Shown piece after piece: positions 1-10,615 of a DNA stretch of 64,000 nt. Below the pieces are notes generated by a model, which saw nothing but the letters and a program-made list of their open reading frames with translations, was not told the origin of the DNA and did not search any database. The position numbers were made by a program, and so were the translations under genes. The stretch is from Promethearchaeota archaeon (GTDB lineage: Archaea; Asgardarchaeota; Lokiarchaeia; Sigyniarchaeales; SOKP01), in NCBI GenBank assembly GCA_029838195.1, contig JALGVJ010000003.1, forward strand, positions 32,001-96,000, read 5' to 3'. How positions within the stretch are numbered: the first letter of the stretch is position 1; every line of letters begins with the position of its first letter.

Positions 1-201
1 TTCTTAGATTCCTATTCAAAACTTGATTTTGAAACCACTGAATTAATTTTACCTGATAAAGAGAGAGCAAGCCCTATAGAAATTTTTTCACAATTTGTAG
101 ATTCGTTAATCGCTAGGGAAGAAAATGAGAATTTTAAAAAAATTCTAATTGATGCCAAAAAAATAAGCTTAGAAAAGCTTGAAAAATTTGGGGTGAAATA
201 A
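1..201 (+). CDS. 3' end of a gene running in from the window edge, possibly an Mre11/SbcD/YhaO-like nuclease
   Basis: Open frame 1-201 (...PIEIFSQFVDSLIAREENENFKKILIDAKKISLEKLEKFGVK*) abuts the Rad50-like gene. Identity is inferred from position only. Confidence 0.45.
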   Translation, partial: FLDSYSKLDFETTELILPDKERASPIEIFSQFVDSLIAREENENFKKILIDAKKISLEKLEKFGVK

Positions 202-3200
202 AAATAGAATTAAAATCTTTAAAATTAAGAAATTTCATGGTAATTAAAAAGGCTACTATTAATTTCATTCATGGGATAATGGCGATCATAGGGCCAAATG
301 AAGCAGGAAAATCCACTATTATAGAGGGCGTCTTATTCAGCTTATTCGGCAAACGAGCATTTAGAGATTATGAACATTTAATCCATTTTGAATCAAATCA
401 TGCTAAAATTTCCCTAATCTTTTCCGTTAGGGATAATATTTATCGAGTAAATCGAGAATTAAGAAAGAGCAAATCAGGTTCAACAAGTCAAATAAATGCT
501 GTACTTTCAGAGTTAACCAATGGAGAAGAGCATTTTATTATAGCTAAAGGGGTATCAAACGTTGATTCTCAAATTGAACGAATCATTGGATTTTCTTATA
601 ATGAACTCACGGCTTCAAATATTATCGCTCAGAAGAAATTAAACAAGATAAGTAAAATGACACCTCAAGAATGGAAGGAATTATTTAATGAATTTCTAAA
701 CCTAAAAGGATTCGGAGATAGTATTTCAGAATTAAAAGAAGAGAAAAAAGAAAAACAAAATCAATTAAATAATGATGAGATTAGATTAGATGAATTGAAA
801 AATAAAAAGGATGATTATTGGTCTCGATTCAAGGAATTAATTAGATTATCTAAAAATCATTATCGTAAAGCTAGAACTCACAGAAAACTCTCTAAAGAAG
901 TAGAAATTTTATCAAAATATTTGAAAATTGTAAAAGATTACATAGAAAAAAGAGATCTAAAAATGAGACTTCAAGATGAGATGGCCTCTAAAGAGAAATT
1001 TTTAAACCAGTATAATGAACGTTTAGCTGAGATCGAGGCCTTAGAAGAAGAAACAGCACAATTAAAACATCAATTGGAAATTTATAAGGGATTAAATGAT
1101 GATGAAAAAAATTTTCTTAATATCAAAAACCATTTTGAGAATTATCAAAAAACACTAAAAAGAATAGAAGAATTAAAAGAAAAATTAAGATATATTATAG
1201 AATTAGAGGGAAAACTAGAAAATAAGAAAGAAAAATTTATAGAATACAAAGATATGCCTAATCAATTGAAACATTTCAGGGATTTAGAATCCTCATACAA
1301 ATTTTTAGAAGTTAATGTAAAGGAGAGAAATTCGCTTGAAGAAGAATTGAATAAGGTTATTACAGCCGAGAAAGAAGTAGCGAATTTAAAAAAAGATTTA
1401 TTGAAGGTAGAAGAAGATCTCAGTTATAAAAATGATTATATAGAAGCTGAAAATAAATTTCGTGAATTTAAAGCCAAATATGATCAAATAAAATATGAAA
1501 GAGATAAAAAAGAAGAATTAAAATTTGAGATTACCAAAATTAAGAAAACTTGTCCGAAAGAAACTCCCGAAGAGCTTGGAAATTTAAAAGAATATAAGGA
1601 TAGTTTGGAAAATCTTGTTAAAAAAGGTTTATTAAATTATATCACCCACTCATTTAAGTGGAATCTCCCCATTCTGATTGGATTTATAATAATTAGCTTA
1701 ATACCTATTTTTTTTGGTCGAATATTATATTCATTCATAGGAATAGGAGCATTTGCCCTATTTTTTATCTATTTATATTATAAATACCTTTCGCTTCAAG
1801 CATTAGTTAAAAAATTGGAAAATTTGATTTTTTCATTAAAAAAACTACAAAAAATAAAAGAAGAATTAAAATCAGTTGAGAAAAGCCTGGAAAAAAAATA
1901 TATTTCAATAGCTGAAATAATTAAAAGTTTATCAGAATATTATAGTAGTTCTTTTCAAGCGACGGAGGGCCTAAAAGAACAAGTATATTCATTAAATCTC
2001 TATTTTCAAGAAATTAATAAGAAATTGAATAGTTCAGAAGCTCGAATGGAAAATTTAAATAAAAAAATCAAGGAATTAAAAAAGCTCATAAAAAAGAAAC
2101 CAAAATTAGAGTATGATTTAGAAAACTCAATCAAGAATATTCATGAGGATAAAAAGCAATTGGATGCCATTTTTTCTGATGGTTTAGAAGAAAAGTATAT
2201 CAAAGAAAGGATTGACAAAATCTACTATGATGATTACATTGATTTTTCTATAGTAAAGCAACAGTTAAAGCAGATAGAAAATATTATTCTTAAAGATTTT
2301 GATCAATATAATATTTTAAAGAGAGAGATTGAAGATTTAAAAACTAAAACTAAAGATAAATCAACAGTGATTGAGAATTTAAAAAAAAAACAAAAAGAAA
2401 AACAAACTATATTTAATACTTTAGTTGAATTAATTGAAAGAATTAACCAAAAATATATAAATTCCATTACAAGTGAATTAACTATACATGAACAAGTAGA
2501 AAAAGTAATTCCTTTTGAAAATTCCATTAAAAAGCTTAATTCTTTTATCCAAGAAGATAAAAACGCACGTGACAAATTAGAAGCCCAAATAAATACAAAT
2601 AGCGCTCAGATCAATAAAAAACCGGAAGTAATTAAAAACATTAACAATATTAAAGGAGAGATACAAGAGATAATTTCCAATATAAAATCTATAGTTTTTC
2701 CAATAATCCCTGAAGAGATTTCAAATATCTTTGATAAAAATAAACCTAAAGATTGTCAGAATACCTTGGAAAATGAAATTATTGACTTAGATGAAAAAAG
2801 AAATCAAATTTATGGTGAAATGAAATCTATAAATACATCTAGAACAAAGATTCGTAATTATCTGAAAGATAATGAGCAAATTATTCATGATTTTTTTAAA
2901 ATGAAAAAAAAAGTTGAGAATTTAGAAAGAGAAATAAAAATATATAGTAAATCCATAGATTTGCTTGAACAAGTTAATAGAAAGATTTGGGATCTCCAAA
3001 TGCCCTATATCTATAGTTATATCAAGGAATTTTTACCTAAAATCACAATGGGGAGATATAGAAATATGATCATAACGCAGCCCGAATCACGTAGGAAGAA
3101 AAAATATGAATTTAAAGTATTTGAGGAAACTATAGAAACATATATAGATAAAAAATATTTATCAGGGGGTACTGATGATCAAATTTTACTAGTTATACGT

Positions 3201-3464
3201 GTTGCTGTTGCCATGTCTTTATTACCGCAATCTAAAGGACATTATCCTAAATTCATCTTTATTGACGAAGCATTCGCTTCAAGCGATGCTCAAAGAAGGA
3301 TGGAAATCTTAAATTGGTTAAAAAAAGATCTCTCCTCCATTTTTACACAGATCATTATCATCTCGCATCAAAAAGAAATTATTGAAGAAATACCCTATTA
3401 TTATAAACTCAATAGAGGAGATTTAATTGATAAATTTTTACCTGATCGAGAAATCATAAATTAA
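198..3464 (+). CDS. Rad50/SbcC (YhaN-like) SMC-family ATPase with an internal transmembrane hairpin
   Basis: Walker A GPNEAGKS, Q-loop IAQ, long coiled coils, signature LSGGT, Walker B FIDEAF, H-loop ISHQ. The typical N-terminal strand IELKSLKLRNF lies upstream of ATG 237, implying an ATA start at 198 or 204. Confidence 0.9.
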   Translation: MKIELKSLKLRNFMVIKKATINFIHGIMAIIGPNEAGKSTIIEGVLFSLFGKRAFRDYEHLIHFESNHAKISLIFSVRDNIYRVNRELRKSKSGSTSQINAVLSELTNGEEHFIIAKGVSNVDSQIERIIGFSYNELTASNIIAQKKLNKISKMTPQEWKELFNEFLNLKGFGDSISELKEEKKEKQNQLNNDEIRLDELKNKKDDYWSRFKELIRLSKNHYRKARTHRKLSKEVEILSKYLKIVKDYIEKRDLKMRLQDEMASKEKFLNQYNERLAEIEALEEETAQLKHQLEIYKGLNDDEKNFLNIKNHFENYQKTLKRIEELKEKLRYIIELEGKLENKKEKFIEYKDMPNQLKHFRDLESSYKFLEVNVKERNSLEEELNKVITAEKEVANLKKDLLKVEEDLSYKNDYIEAENKFREFKAKYDQIKYERDKKEELKFEITKIKKTCPKETPEELGNLKEYKDSLENLVKKGLLNYITHSFKWNLPILIGFIIISLIPIFFGRILYSFIGIGAFALFFIYLYYKYLSLQALVKKLENLIFSLKKLQKIKEELKSVEKSLEKKYISIAEIIKSLSEYYSSSFQATEGLKEQVYSLNLYFQEINKKLNSSEARMENLNKKIKELKKLIKKKPKLEYDLENSIKNIHEDKKQLDAIFSDGLEEKYIKERIDKIYYDDYIDFSIVKQQLKQIENIILKDFDQYNILKREIEDLKTKTKDKSTVIENLKKKQKEKQTIFNTLVELIERINQKYINSITSELTIHEQVEKVIPFENSIKKLNSFIQEDKNARDKLEAQINTNSAQINKKPEVIKNINNIKGEIQEIISNIKSIVFPIIPEEISNIFDKNKPKDCQNTLENEIIDLDEKRNQIYGEMKSINTSRTKIRNYLKDNEQIIHDFFKMKKKVENLEREIKIYSKSIDLLEQVNRKIWDLQMPYIYSYIKEFLPKITMGRYRNMIITQPESRRKKKYEFKVFEETIETYIDKKYLSGGTDDQILLVIRVAVAMSLLPQSKGHYPKFIFIDEAFASSDAQRRMEILNWLKKDLSSIFTQIIIISHQKEIIEEIPYYYKLNRGDLIDKFLPDREIIN

Positions 3465-3697
3465 AAAAAAAAGGAAGAAGTTTAATTAAACGTGACAATG
3501 CGACAACAAATGTTTTTCCCTTGAAAATATTTATTAATTTCATTCTAATATAAATAAAAGAAAAATAGATCTTTGAAATTCACTTTTTTAATAAATTTGA
3601 ATTTAAATTTATTAATTAAAGATTACAGAATAAAGTAATTAATAACATCATTTCAGCAAATAAAATGTATCAATAACTTTAAGAAATAAAATTTTCA

Positions 3698-4102
3698 TTA
3701 TTTTATATCTTTAATATGAGTAAAAAAGATAATTTTCTCTTTTAAAGGTGTCTCTTGAAGCAATCTTTTGTAAAGTGAATGGAATCGACCGGGATTGTAA
3801 TAAAACCATATCTCATCATATTGTTGAAGTTTTTTAGTGAAATTTTCCAAAAGATAATGGTACTCTTTTTCAGTTACTTTATTAGGATGTTTATCATAAT
3901 AACAATATTTTTCTTCTGGAAACCATACACCATATAAATCAGAAAAAATTGCCCATTTAACTCTTTTTTCTTTGCATTTTCTAATAAATCGTTGTATTGG
4001 GGTCGCTAAATATAAAATATCTGGTGTTACTTCTATATTAGTGTTTTTTAATTTTTCATTCTTTTTAGCTGAACAATGAGTTATATATATTCTCATCTTC
4101 AA
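3698..4102 (-). CDS. DUF6884/YaaA-like small protein
   Basis: ITHCSAKK...LY...WAIFSDLYG...YD pattern. Confidence 0.6.
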   Translation of the reverse strand: MKMRIYITHCSAKKNEKLKNTNIEVTPDILYLATPIQRFIRKCKEKRVKWAIFSDLYGVWFPEEKYCYYDKHPNKVTEKEYHYLLENFTKKLQQYDEIWFYYNPGRFHSLYKRLLQETPLKEKIIFFTHIKDIK

Positions 4103-4316
4103 ATTTATTGTATATTCTTTTATTATTTCCTAAAAAATATAACATTATTGTAATTAATTATAAAAAAATCTATATCTTTCCCCCAAAGGTTTATAAAAGT
4201 ATTTTTAATTTTATAATTACTACTTATGAGATACATTTAACATTTAAATAAGCTCTTAAAAACCTTATGGTATTAAAATTGTGATTATTTATTTCTTCTC
4301 TATTTAAAACGGTTAA

Positions 4317-4721
4317 TTATTTTATCATTTCATTTATTTTTTTTTCAATATGAACCGAAATAGTCCCTTTAGATGCTATTTCGATTAATGCCTCCCTAAT
4401 TACCCCATATTCTTCTTTAGAAAGGTTTCTTAAAAGAACATTTCCATATTTTGAATATAAAGAGCCGATTAATCCATTATAACCTTCATTATCGCAAATT
4501 ATTTTTGGAATTAAGCATTCACGACAATAAATTTTGCTCTTATTTTTTAATATTTCAATACAAAATGGGCAAGGGGACAATAAGCTTTTAAGATTTTTAG
4601 ATTGGTCTTGTATCCATTTGTCATCTAAGCTCTTTTTCGCTAATTTTTTTAATTTATTATCACTTGAAAAAATATTATTATTTTTCTCATTTATATTATT
4701 TTTCTTTTTAGATATATCCAT
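4317..4721 (-). CDS. Hypothetical Cys-rich (putative Zn-binding) protein
   Basis: CPFC...CREC...C cluster, 134 aa. Confidence 0.6.
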   Translation of the reverse strand: MDISKKKNNINEKNNNIFSSDNKLKKLAKKSLDDKWIQDQSKNLKSLLSPCPFCIEILKNKSKIYCRECLIPKIICDNEGYNGLIGSLYSKYGNVLLRNLSKEEYGVIREALIEIASKGTISVHIEKKINEMIK

Positions 4722-4891
4722 GATTTTGAGTTTTTTTAATTTTTTAGATCAATAATATTGAAAATATTTAAACAAAAATTCTTCAAAATTGAATTATTTA
4801 AAATCCATTCATTATAAACGGGGATTTTTATTTCTTTAAATAGAACAAACCTTTTTTTTAACTTCCACAAAAATTATTATTAGAAATTATA

Positions 4892-5572
4892 ATGTCAATT
4901 GACGAGTTAATTAGGAAGAAAGGAAATTATGAAATATTAAAACAGCTCAAAATTAAAGGTCAAAATTATAATTCAATAAAACAAAAATTAAAAGAAAATA
5001 TTTCGGCAAGAACTTTGGATTATCGTCTACGAAAACTAATGGAATTAGGATTTTTAGAATCTACTAATATAATACTTGACGGTTCAGCAAAAACTAAAAC
5101 TAAAAAAAAGTATTTTTTAACTTATAAAGGTCTCTTTTTATTAACATGTTTTGAGACCTTGGAATATGTTATAATAAATAATTCTATTTTGCCACAAGAT
5201 TATTTGAAAAAGTTTAAATCAATTTTATTGAAAAATATAAATTTAAATTTCAAAAGAGTTTGGAAGCAATTAAAAATTCAAATATCTAAAAATAACACAA
5301 TTTATACCTTAAAAAAGAAAAAACCAAACAAAATTGTTAAATTTAATGATAATGGGATCATCGTAGAAACTGAGAAAGGAAAAGATTTCATCTCTTATTC
5401 TAAATTGGAAGAAGCATGGGCTAAATTTGTTAAAAACGGATATTTATTTCACAATAATTATATAGAAACATCTTATCGTAGTTCTTTCATGATGGCTCTT
5501 TTTTCACTATTACCTTATGTTAAAGTTAATGAAGGGCCTCCACTCCAAATAAAATTAGAGATTGGATGTTAA
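4892..5572 (+). CDS. HxlR-like winged-helix protein with a second, uncharacterised C-terminal domain
   Basis: ISARTLDYRLRKLMELGFL...YFLTYKG wHTH; C-terminal domain TIYTL..KKPN...AW...RSSF..ALF..LP. Confidence 0.7.
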   Translation: MSIDELIRKKGNYEILKQLKIKGQNYNSIKQKLKENISARTLDYRLRKLMELGFLESTNIILDGSAKTKTKKKYFLTYKGLFLLTCFETLEYVIINNSILPQDYLKKFKSILLKNINLNFKRVWKQLKIQISKNNTIYTLKKKKPNKIVKFNDNGIIVETEKGKDFISYSKLEEAWAKFVKNGYLFHNNYIETSYRSSFMMALFSLLPYVKVNEGPPLQIKLEIGC

Positions 5573-5602
5573 ATCTCTTAATTTTTTCTACATTTTCTTA
5601 AA

Positions 5603-6982
5603 TTAACGCCCTTGTTTGTTGATTAGTATATTTGGAAAGAGCATTCTTGCTAAAGAAATAAGAAGTGTTTCTAATTCTGGTGTAAAGAGTCCAATTTGAT
5701 TAGAAAAGTTTATATTAAATGGAAACCACGGTTTTATCTGAAAATATATGGGAATTTTAAGTTGGGGAATGCCTTCTTTCCTTTTATCATCATCAAACAT
5801 TATTTTTATCCAAGATTCATAATCTGTACTTTGATAAGGATTTTCAACATTAAAAAAACAAGAGCTTAATCCACCAATATGTCTTGCCTTATCATGACCC
5901 CATCTTGCAAAATATTGACGATTTTTTCCTGCTGATACCCCCTTTAAATTAGCTGAAAAATTTCCATTTCTCCCAAGAGTTTCTGTTTTACCTATATAGA
6001 GGGGAATAAATTTAGAGGGAAGAGATTCTTGGGAAAAATCAGGTAGAGTTTTAATATCAGAACGAAGAACATAAACCATATAAATTAATCCATCAGTAAA
6101 AAAGGGAACTTGTTCCTCATAATCACCAAATGCATTGTTATTATCTATTTGACTATAATAATTATAAGATTCTTCTATTATCATCGCTGCTTTAATTACC
6201 TGGTCAATCATAAAAGGGTGCCTTTTTAATATTTTTAATCCATTTATATCTTCAAATTTTACTCTATAGGATTTTTCATCATAATCAAAAAGAGGAATTA
6301 AATTTATTTTATTAGATAAAGGTGGAAAAGGTATATTTTCTTCTTTTAAGAACCACGTATTAAACCATTCGTTCCATAAAGAAATTGAATCATTTCCTAA
6401 GATTTCAATTAAATACTCTTTTTTTGAAAGCGTTTTTAACTTAAAATTTAAGAGGTTTGAAAAAAATTTTGAATTCTGCCATTTTTGTCTACTAATAAAA
6501 TTATGATTTATTAATGCCCTTGGAAATCTTAATGCAAAATAGGATATTAAGATCGCTTCAGCATTCGAAAGATTAGAATGAAGTTCAAAAGGAAGAATAT
6601 TTTTAATTATCCGTTCTTTATTCCAAAAAAATAAAACAAGAAAAAGTGGAAGTTTTTTATCTTTTTTGAAAAAATGAGCATGCATTCGTATATAGAAGTT
6701 ATCTTCTAATAGAGACAATCCTTTGAAATGTTGTTTTAAGCGATTTATATTTTTAGTTGTTGATTTTCCGATATATATACTTTTTACTAAGGAACCGTCA
6801 TATTTAATGAAAATATAAAGAAATTTTTTCCCGGAAATCTCACTTTTTAAAGATTCAAATACATTATTCCATGATTCTGGTTCAAATTTTATAGTTTCTT
6901 CTTGTAATAATACAATTTTATCAGGAAATAATAAGAAATATTTAAATATTTCTTCTATTTTTTGAAATTGGTGATTATCCAC
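5603..6982 (-). CDS. Nuclease with two tandem GIY-YIG domains
   Basis: Domain 1: FLYIF...IYIGKS...RLKQH...EAILI...LIN. Domain 2: GLIYM...LYIGKT...ETLLI...LINKQG. Confidence 0.75.
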   Translation of the reverse strand: MDNHQFQKIEEIFKYFLLFPDKIVLLQEETIKFEPESWNNVFESLKSEISGKKFLYIFIKYDGSLVKSIYIGKSTTKNINRLKQHFKGLSLLEDNFYIRMHAHFFKKDKKLPLFLVLFFWNKERIIKNILPFELHSNLSNAEAILISYFALRFPRALINHNFISRQKWQNSKFFSNLLNFKLKTLSKKEYLIEILGNDSISLWNEWFNTWFLKEENIPFPPLSNKINLIPLFDYDEKSYRVKFEDINGLKILKRHPFMIDQVIKAAMIIEESYNYYSQIDNNNAFGDYEEQVPFFTDGLIYMVYVLRSDIKTLPDFSQESLPSKFIPLYIGKTETLGRNGNFSANLKGVSAGKNRQYFARWGHDKARHIGGLSSCFFNVENPYQSTDYESWIKIMFDDDKRKEGIPQLKIPIYFQIKPWFPFNINFSNQIGLFTPELETLLISLARMLFPNILINKQGR

Positions 6983-7338
6983 ATTTTTTAAAATTAAAAT
7001 TTCTTTTAATAATAAAAAGCGAAAAAAAATGCGCTAATCAAATTAAAAGTTAGGAGAGCATATTCTGTGAAGATAATCAGAATATATTATTATCAAATAT
7101 GGTAAAAAAATAGTTTAAATTTAAAAAATATCATTTGAATGAGATTATGAATAAGAAATTTAAAAAATTAACTAAAGAAATACGCGCTTTTTAAAATTCT
7201 TCTATTATATATATTTTTCTATTCGAAGAGGGAGAAATAATTAATTGCTAAATAAATATAGAATACAGATATTCACTTTTATATTCAATTAATCTTATAT
7301 TAATATAATTTATTTGATTTTATTAAGATGATTAAAGA

Positions 7339-8412
7339 ATGGAATCTCAAATAGATTTCGATATTAATGGAATTCAAAATATTTATGAAATTGTTGAAAA
7401 ACAGGTTAAACGCTTTCAACAACTACGACAATTAGTAAGAGAATTAAAATTTATTCCTGTAGACCCCATTGCGACTTATTCATCAGTTACTTATAAGTCT
7501 ATTGATGGTGGAAAAATGGGGATTTCATTTCATCCCTTTGAATTTGATTTTATTGTAATAGCAAATTCAATGGGTAGTGAATTGTTGAAATATTTAGTTC
7601 CAAAATCTGATTTTCTTAGTTCTTCAGATTTTCTTTATATGAATGGTTTTAAACAAATTAAATATTTACTAAATATTTTGGATTTAAACACGGTTTCAGA
7701 ATTATCTGATTTATTAATAAATCCGCAAATGGCAATGGAATTAACTGAATATGCTTGTATTTTCGAGAGATTAGGAAGAGATAAAAATGATCCAATAATT
7801 GTAATGAAAGATGGTCTTTTAAGGACAAAAGCGATTAAATATCAAATCATACCGAAAATGATCTCTTTTCTTAAAACTAATCCCAAGAGAAAATTAATTG
7901 GTGTTGCTAAAAGTTCACAGGTAATAAATCTAATATCGACAGCATTATATCTTGAAAAAGTAGTTCCTAAGAATTGCACAGGATTTATTGAGATTCCTTG
8001 GGAAATTGAAAAATTAGCATATAGGCAAAGTAAAATGAAATATCATTTGTATTATTCTTTTGGAAAGCTTTACGTGGCAAAATTATGTAAGAGATCAAAT
8101 CTATTAATCACTATTGAAATTCCTTATGATTTTAAAAATGATCAACCTGTTTATACTAAGTATGAAATTTTTGAAATTATTGGCCATTTAATCAAGGATT
8201 CAAGTGGATCCTATCCCATATTAGGATATCCCCAAACAATCATGAGAGCTCATGAAAAAGCTGTTAGGACTGGATTTTCCGCTTCTATTTGGAGAGATAA
8301 AATAATTAATTATTTATTAGAAAAACTTGGAGATAGAAAAATTAGGATTTTAATCCAAGAGAGTCATTTTCTTAAAGAATATGTACAAAAAGAAATATTA
8401 GGGGGGATATAA
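7339..8412 (+). CDS. nurA: NurA-family 5'-3' nuclease
   Basis: SIDGG, MKDGLL, GVAKSS and GYP..I..AHE motifs; directly upstream of herA. Confidence 0.85.
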   Translation: MESQIDFDINGIQNIYEIVEKQVKRFQQLRQLVRELKFIPVDPIATYSSVTYKSIDGGKMGISFHPFEFDFIVIANSMGSELLKYLVPKSDFLSSSDFLYMNGFKQIKYLLNILDLNTVSELSDLLINPQMAMELTEYACIFERLGRDKNDPIIVMKDGLLRTKAIKYQIIPKMISFLKTNPKRKLIGVAKSSQVINLISTALYLEKVVPKNCTGFIEIPWEIEKLAYRQSKMKYHLYYSFGKLYVAKLCKRSNLLITIEIPYDFKNDQPVYTKYEIFEIIGHLIKDSSGSYPILGYPQTIMRAHEKAVRTGFSASIWRDKIINYLLEKLGDRKIRILIQESHFLKEYVQKEILGGI

Positions 8413-8415
8413 TTA

Positions 8416-10593
8416 ATGGAAATGAATATTGGAGAACCTATAGGAATATTTTTGGGGATTGAAAGTACGACTTTTGAATATTTAGCAAGCATTATTACTC
8501 CATATCAATTAGATTATTCTCCAACAATTGGAACTTTTATACTAATCGATAATTTTGATGAGTATATTGTTGCTCGTGTAATGGAATATATCCCGCAAGG
8601 AGAAATGATTTCTTTTTATGGTAAAAAATGGTTATCTGAAGTAGCATTGACACCTGAAGTAATTGGGCAAGATATTAAAACAAGTAAGATAAGCTATTCA
8701 GTTAAAATAAAATTATTAGGGCGATTGAGTAAAAATTTAAGGACATTTATTCCTGGTATAAAAAGAATTCCTCACCTTACAAGTAAAGTTATTCAACCTA
8801 ACTCGAAAATCGTGAAAATCATATGTAATAAAGCATTGAAAGAAATGGAACAAGGAATAGAAATAGGGAATTATTGGAGTGATGAAAATATTAAGATACA
8901 TTTTGATATGAAAAGCTTAATTGGAAAAAGGACTTTCATATTCGCCCGAGCAGGTTACGGAAAAAGCAATTTAATGAAAATTATTGCTTCTAATTGGAAG
9001 GAAGAGTTTGGAAGTTTAATTATTTTTGATCCCGAGGGAGAATATTCAATTACAGATAAAAAAGAGCGCCCTGGAATAATGGATCAAATTCCCGCATTAT
9101 TAATAACTAATCGTATTGGAATTCAAGAAGGATTAGGTAATAATGTTTATAATAAATTAAAATTTGATTTTAGGAAGTTTCATCCAAAATTTATTATACC
9201 TATTATTGTTTCAGAGAGTAAATATGAATTTGTTTTTTTCAACAAGTTAATGAGCCTTACAAAGGAACAATGGTGTAATTTAATTGATTATTTATATGAA
9301 AATAGGTACAATGGAGAATATCACGAAATTGCGGAAATTATGGGAATAAAATATGAAAAACCTGTTGATGTTACTCCAATAATGAATAACATTATTCCTC
9401 CAATGGATCAATTACATGACCCAGAATCAAAACTTTTCTCAATATTAGAAAAAGCGGTAAAAAAAAATCTGATTATAATTATTGATATCTCATTATTAGC
9501 TTCAAATAATGCACTGAATTTATCTTCATTAATAATAAGTAAATTTTTCCGTAAAAATCAAAAAGAATTCACTATGAAAGGAAGGGATTTAAATAAAATT
9601 ACTTTTGTAATTGAAGAAGCTCAATCAGTAATAGGGGGCACGAATAATGTAAGTAAATTCGTTGAACTTGCTAAAGAAGGCCGGAAATATCAATTAGGGG
9701 CTATATTTATAACACAACAGCCAGGAAGTATTTCAATGGACATATTAAGTCAAGGAGATAATTTCTTTGTTTTTCATCTTTTAAGTAAAGATGATTTAAG
9801 AGCACTTCAAAAAGCTAATGCTCATTTTTCAAATGATATTCTAACTCAAATCTTGAGTGAACCTATTCCCGGTAAAGCATATATGTGGACCTCTCATCAG
9901 CCATTCGTAATTCCGCTTCAAATAAAAAATTTTGAATTAGAAGCAACACCAAATAAAGCTAAAGAAATACAAGCTCAAAATGATCTTTTAATGCCTATTT
10001 TAAACGAAATTGTTGAAATTTCCGAAATTGAAGAAAAAATAATAGAAAAATTCCAAACCATTTTAATAAATAATCAAATTGACATTCGGGATAAAGTTTC
10101 AATATTTAATAATACCTTAAAAAAAAAAATTACGGTTCAAACTTTTAAATTACTTTCCGAAAAAGAAATTAAATTCTTAGAAGAAAAAGATCTTTTAGCT
10201 AAAAATACAGAGACAAATAAACCTTATGCAGTAAGTTATAATTATCTCAGTGAGTTATATCAGAAAGCTCTTATGAAACATTCATTAAAAATAAAAAAAA
10301 ATATTCCTATTGAAGCAAATAGTACCGATTTGAAAATGATTATAGATGATTATTCTGTTAATATAAAAAACAATCCGAAAGATGGTAATTATGTAGAAAA
10401 TTTATATTATAGTTTTGAAACGGAAAAAGCAATAAAATTCAGACGTAAAAAAGACGATAAAATTCTTTGGATACCTAAATCTGCTATAAAAAATAAATGG
10501 GTTAAAGATAACAGTCTCTCTCAAAAAATTATTTTAAATTATATTCCCTCAGATTTCCAATGGAGTAAAGATAGAGAATTTAATGATAGGTAA
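8416..10593 (+). CDS. herA: HerA/FtsK-family helicase (DUF87) with a C-terminal extension
   Basis: HAS-barrel-like N-terminus, Walker A ARAGYGKS, FDPEGEY, Walker B VIEEAQ, KEGRKY, ITQQP. Confidence 0.85.
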   Translation: MEMNIGEPIGIFLGIESTTFEYLASIITPYQLDYSPTIGTFILIDNFDEYIVARVMEYIPQGEMISFYGKKWLSEVALTPEVIGQDIKTSKISYSVKIKLLGRLSKNLRTFIPGIKRIPHLTSKVIQPNSKIVKIICNKALKEMEQGIEIGNYWSDENIKIHFDMKSLIGKRTFIFARAGYGKSNLMKIIASNWKEEFGSLIIFDPEGEYSITDKKERPGIMDQIPALLITNRIGIQEGLGNNVYNKLKFDFRKFHPKFIIPIIVSESKYEFVFFNKLMSLTKEQWCNLIDYLYENRYNGEYHEIAEIMGIKYEKPVDVTPIMNNIIPPMDQLHDPESKLFSILEKAVKKNLIIIIDISLLASNNALNLSSLIISKFFRKNQKEFTMKGRDLNKITFVIEEAQSVIGGTNNVSKFVELAKEGRKYQLGAIFITQQPGSISMDILSQGDNFFVFHLLSKDDLRALQKANAHFSNDILTQILSEPIPGKAYMWTSHQPFVIPLQIKNFELEATPNKAKEIQAQNDLLMPILNEIVEISEIEEKIIEKFQTILINNQIDIRDKVSIFNNTLKKKITVQTFKLLSEKEIKFLEEKDLLAKNTETNKPYAVSYNYLSELYQKALMKHSLKIKKNIPIEANSTDLKMIIDDYSVNIKNNPKDGNYVENLYYSFETEKAIKFRRKKDDKILWIPKSAIKNKWVKDNSLSQKIILNYIPSDFQWSKDREFNDR

Positions 10594-10615
10594 AAAAGAT
10601 TTTAAATCATAAGAA

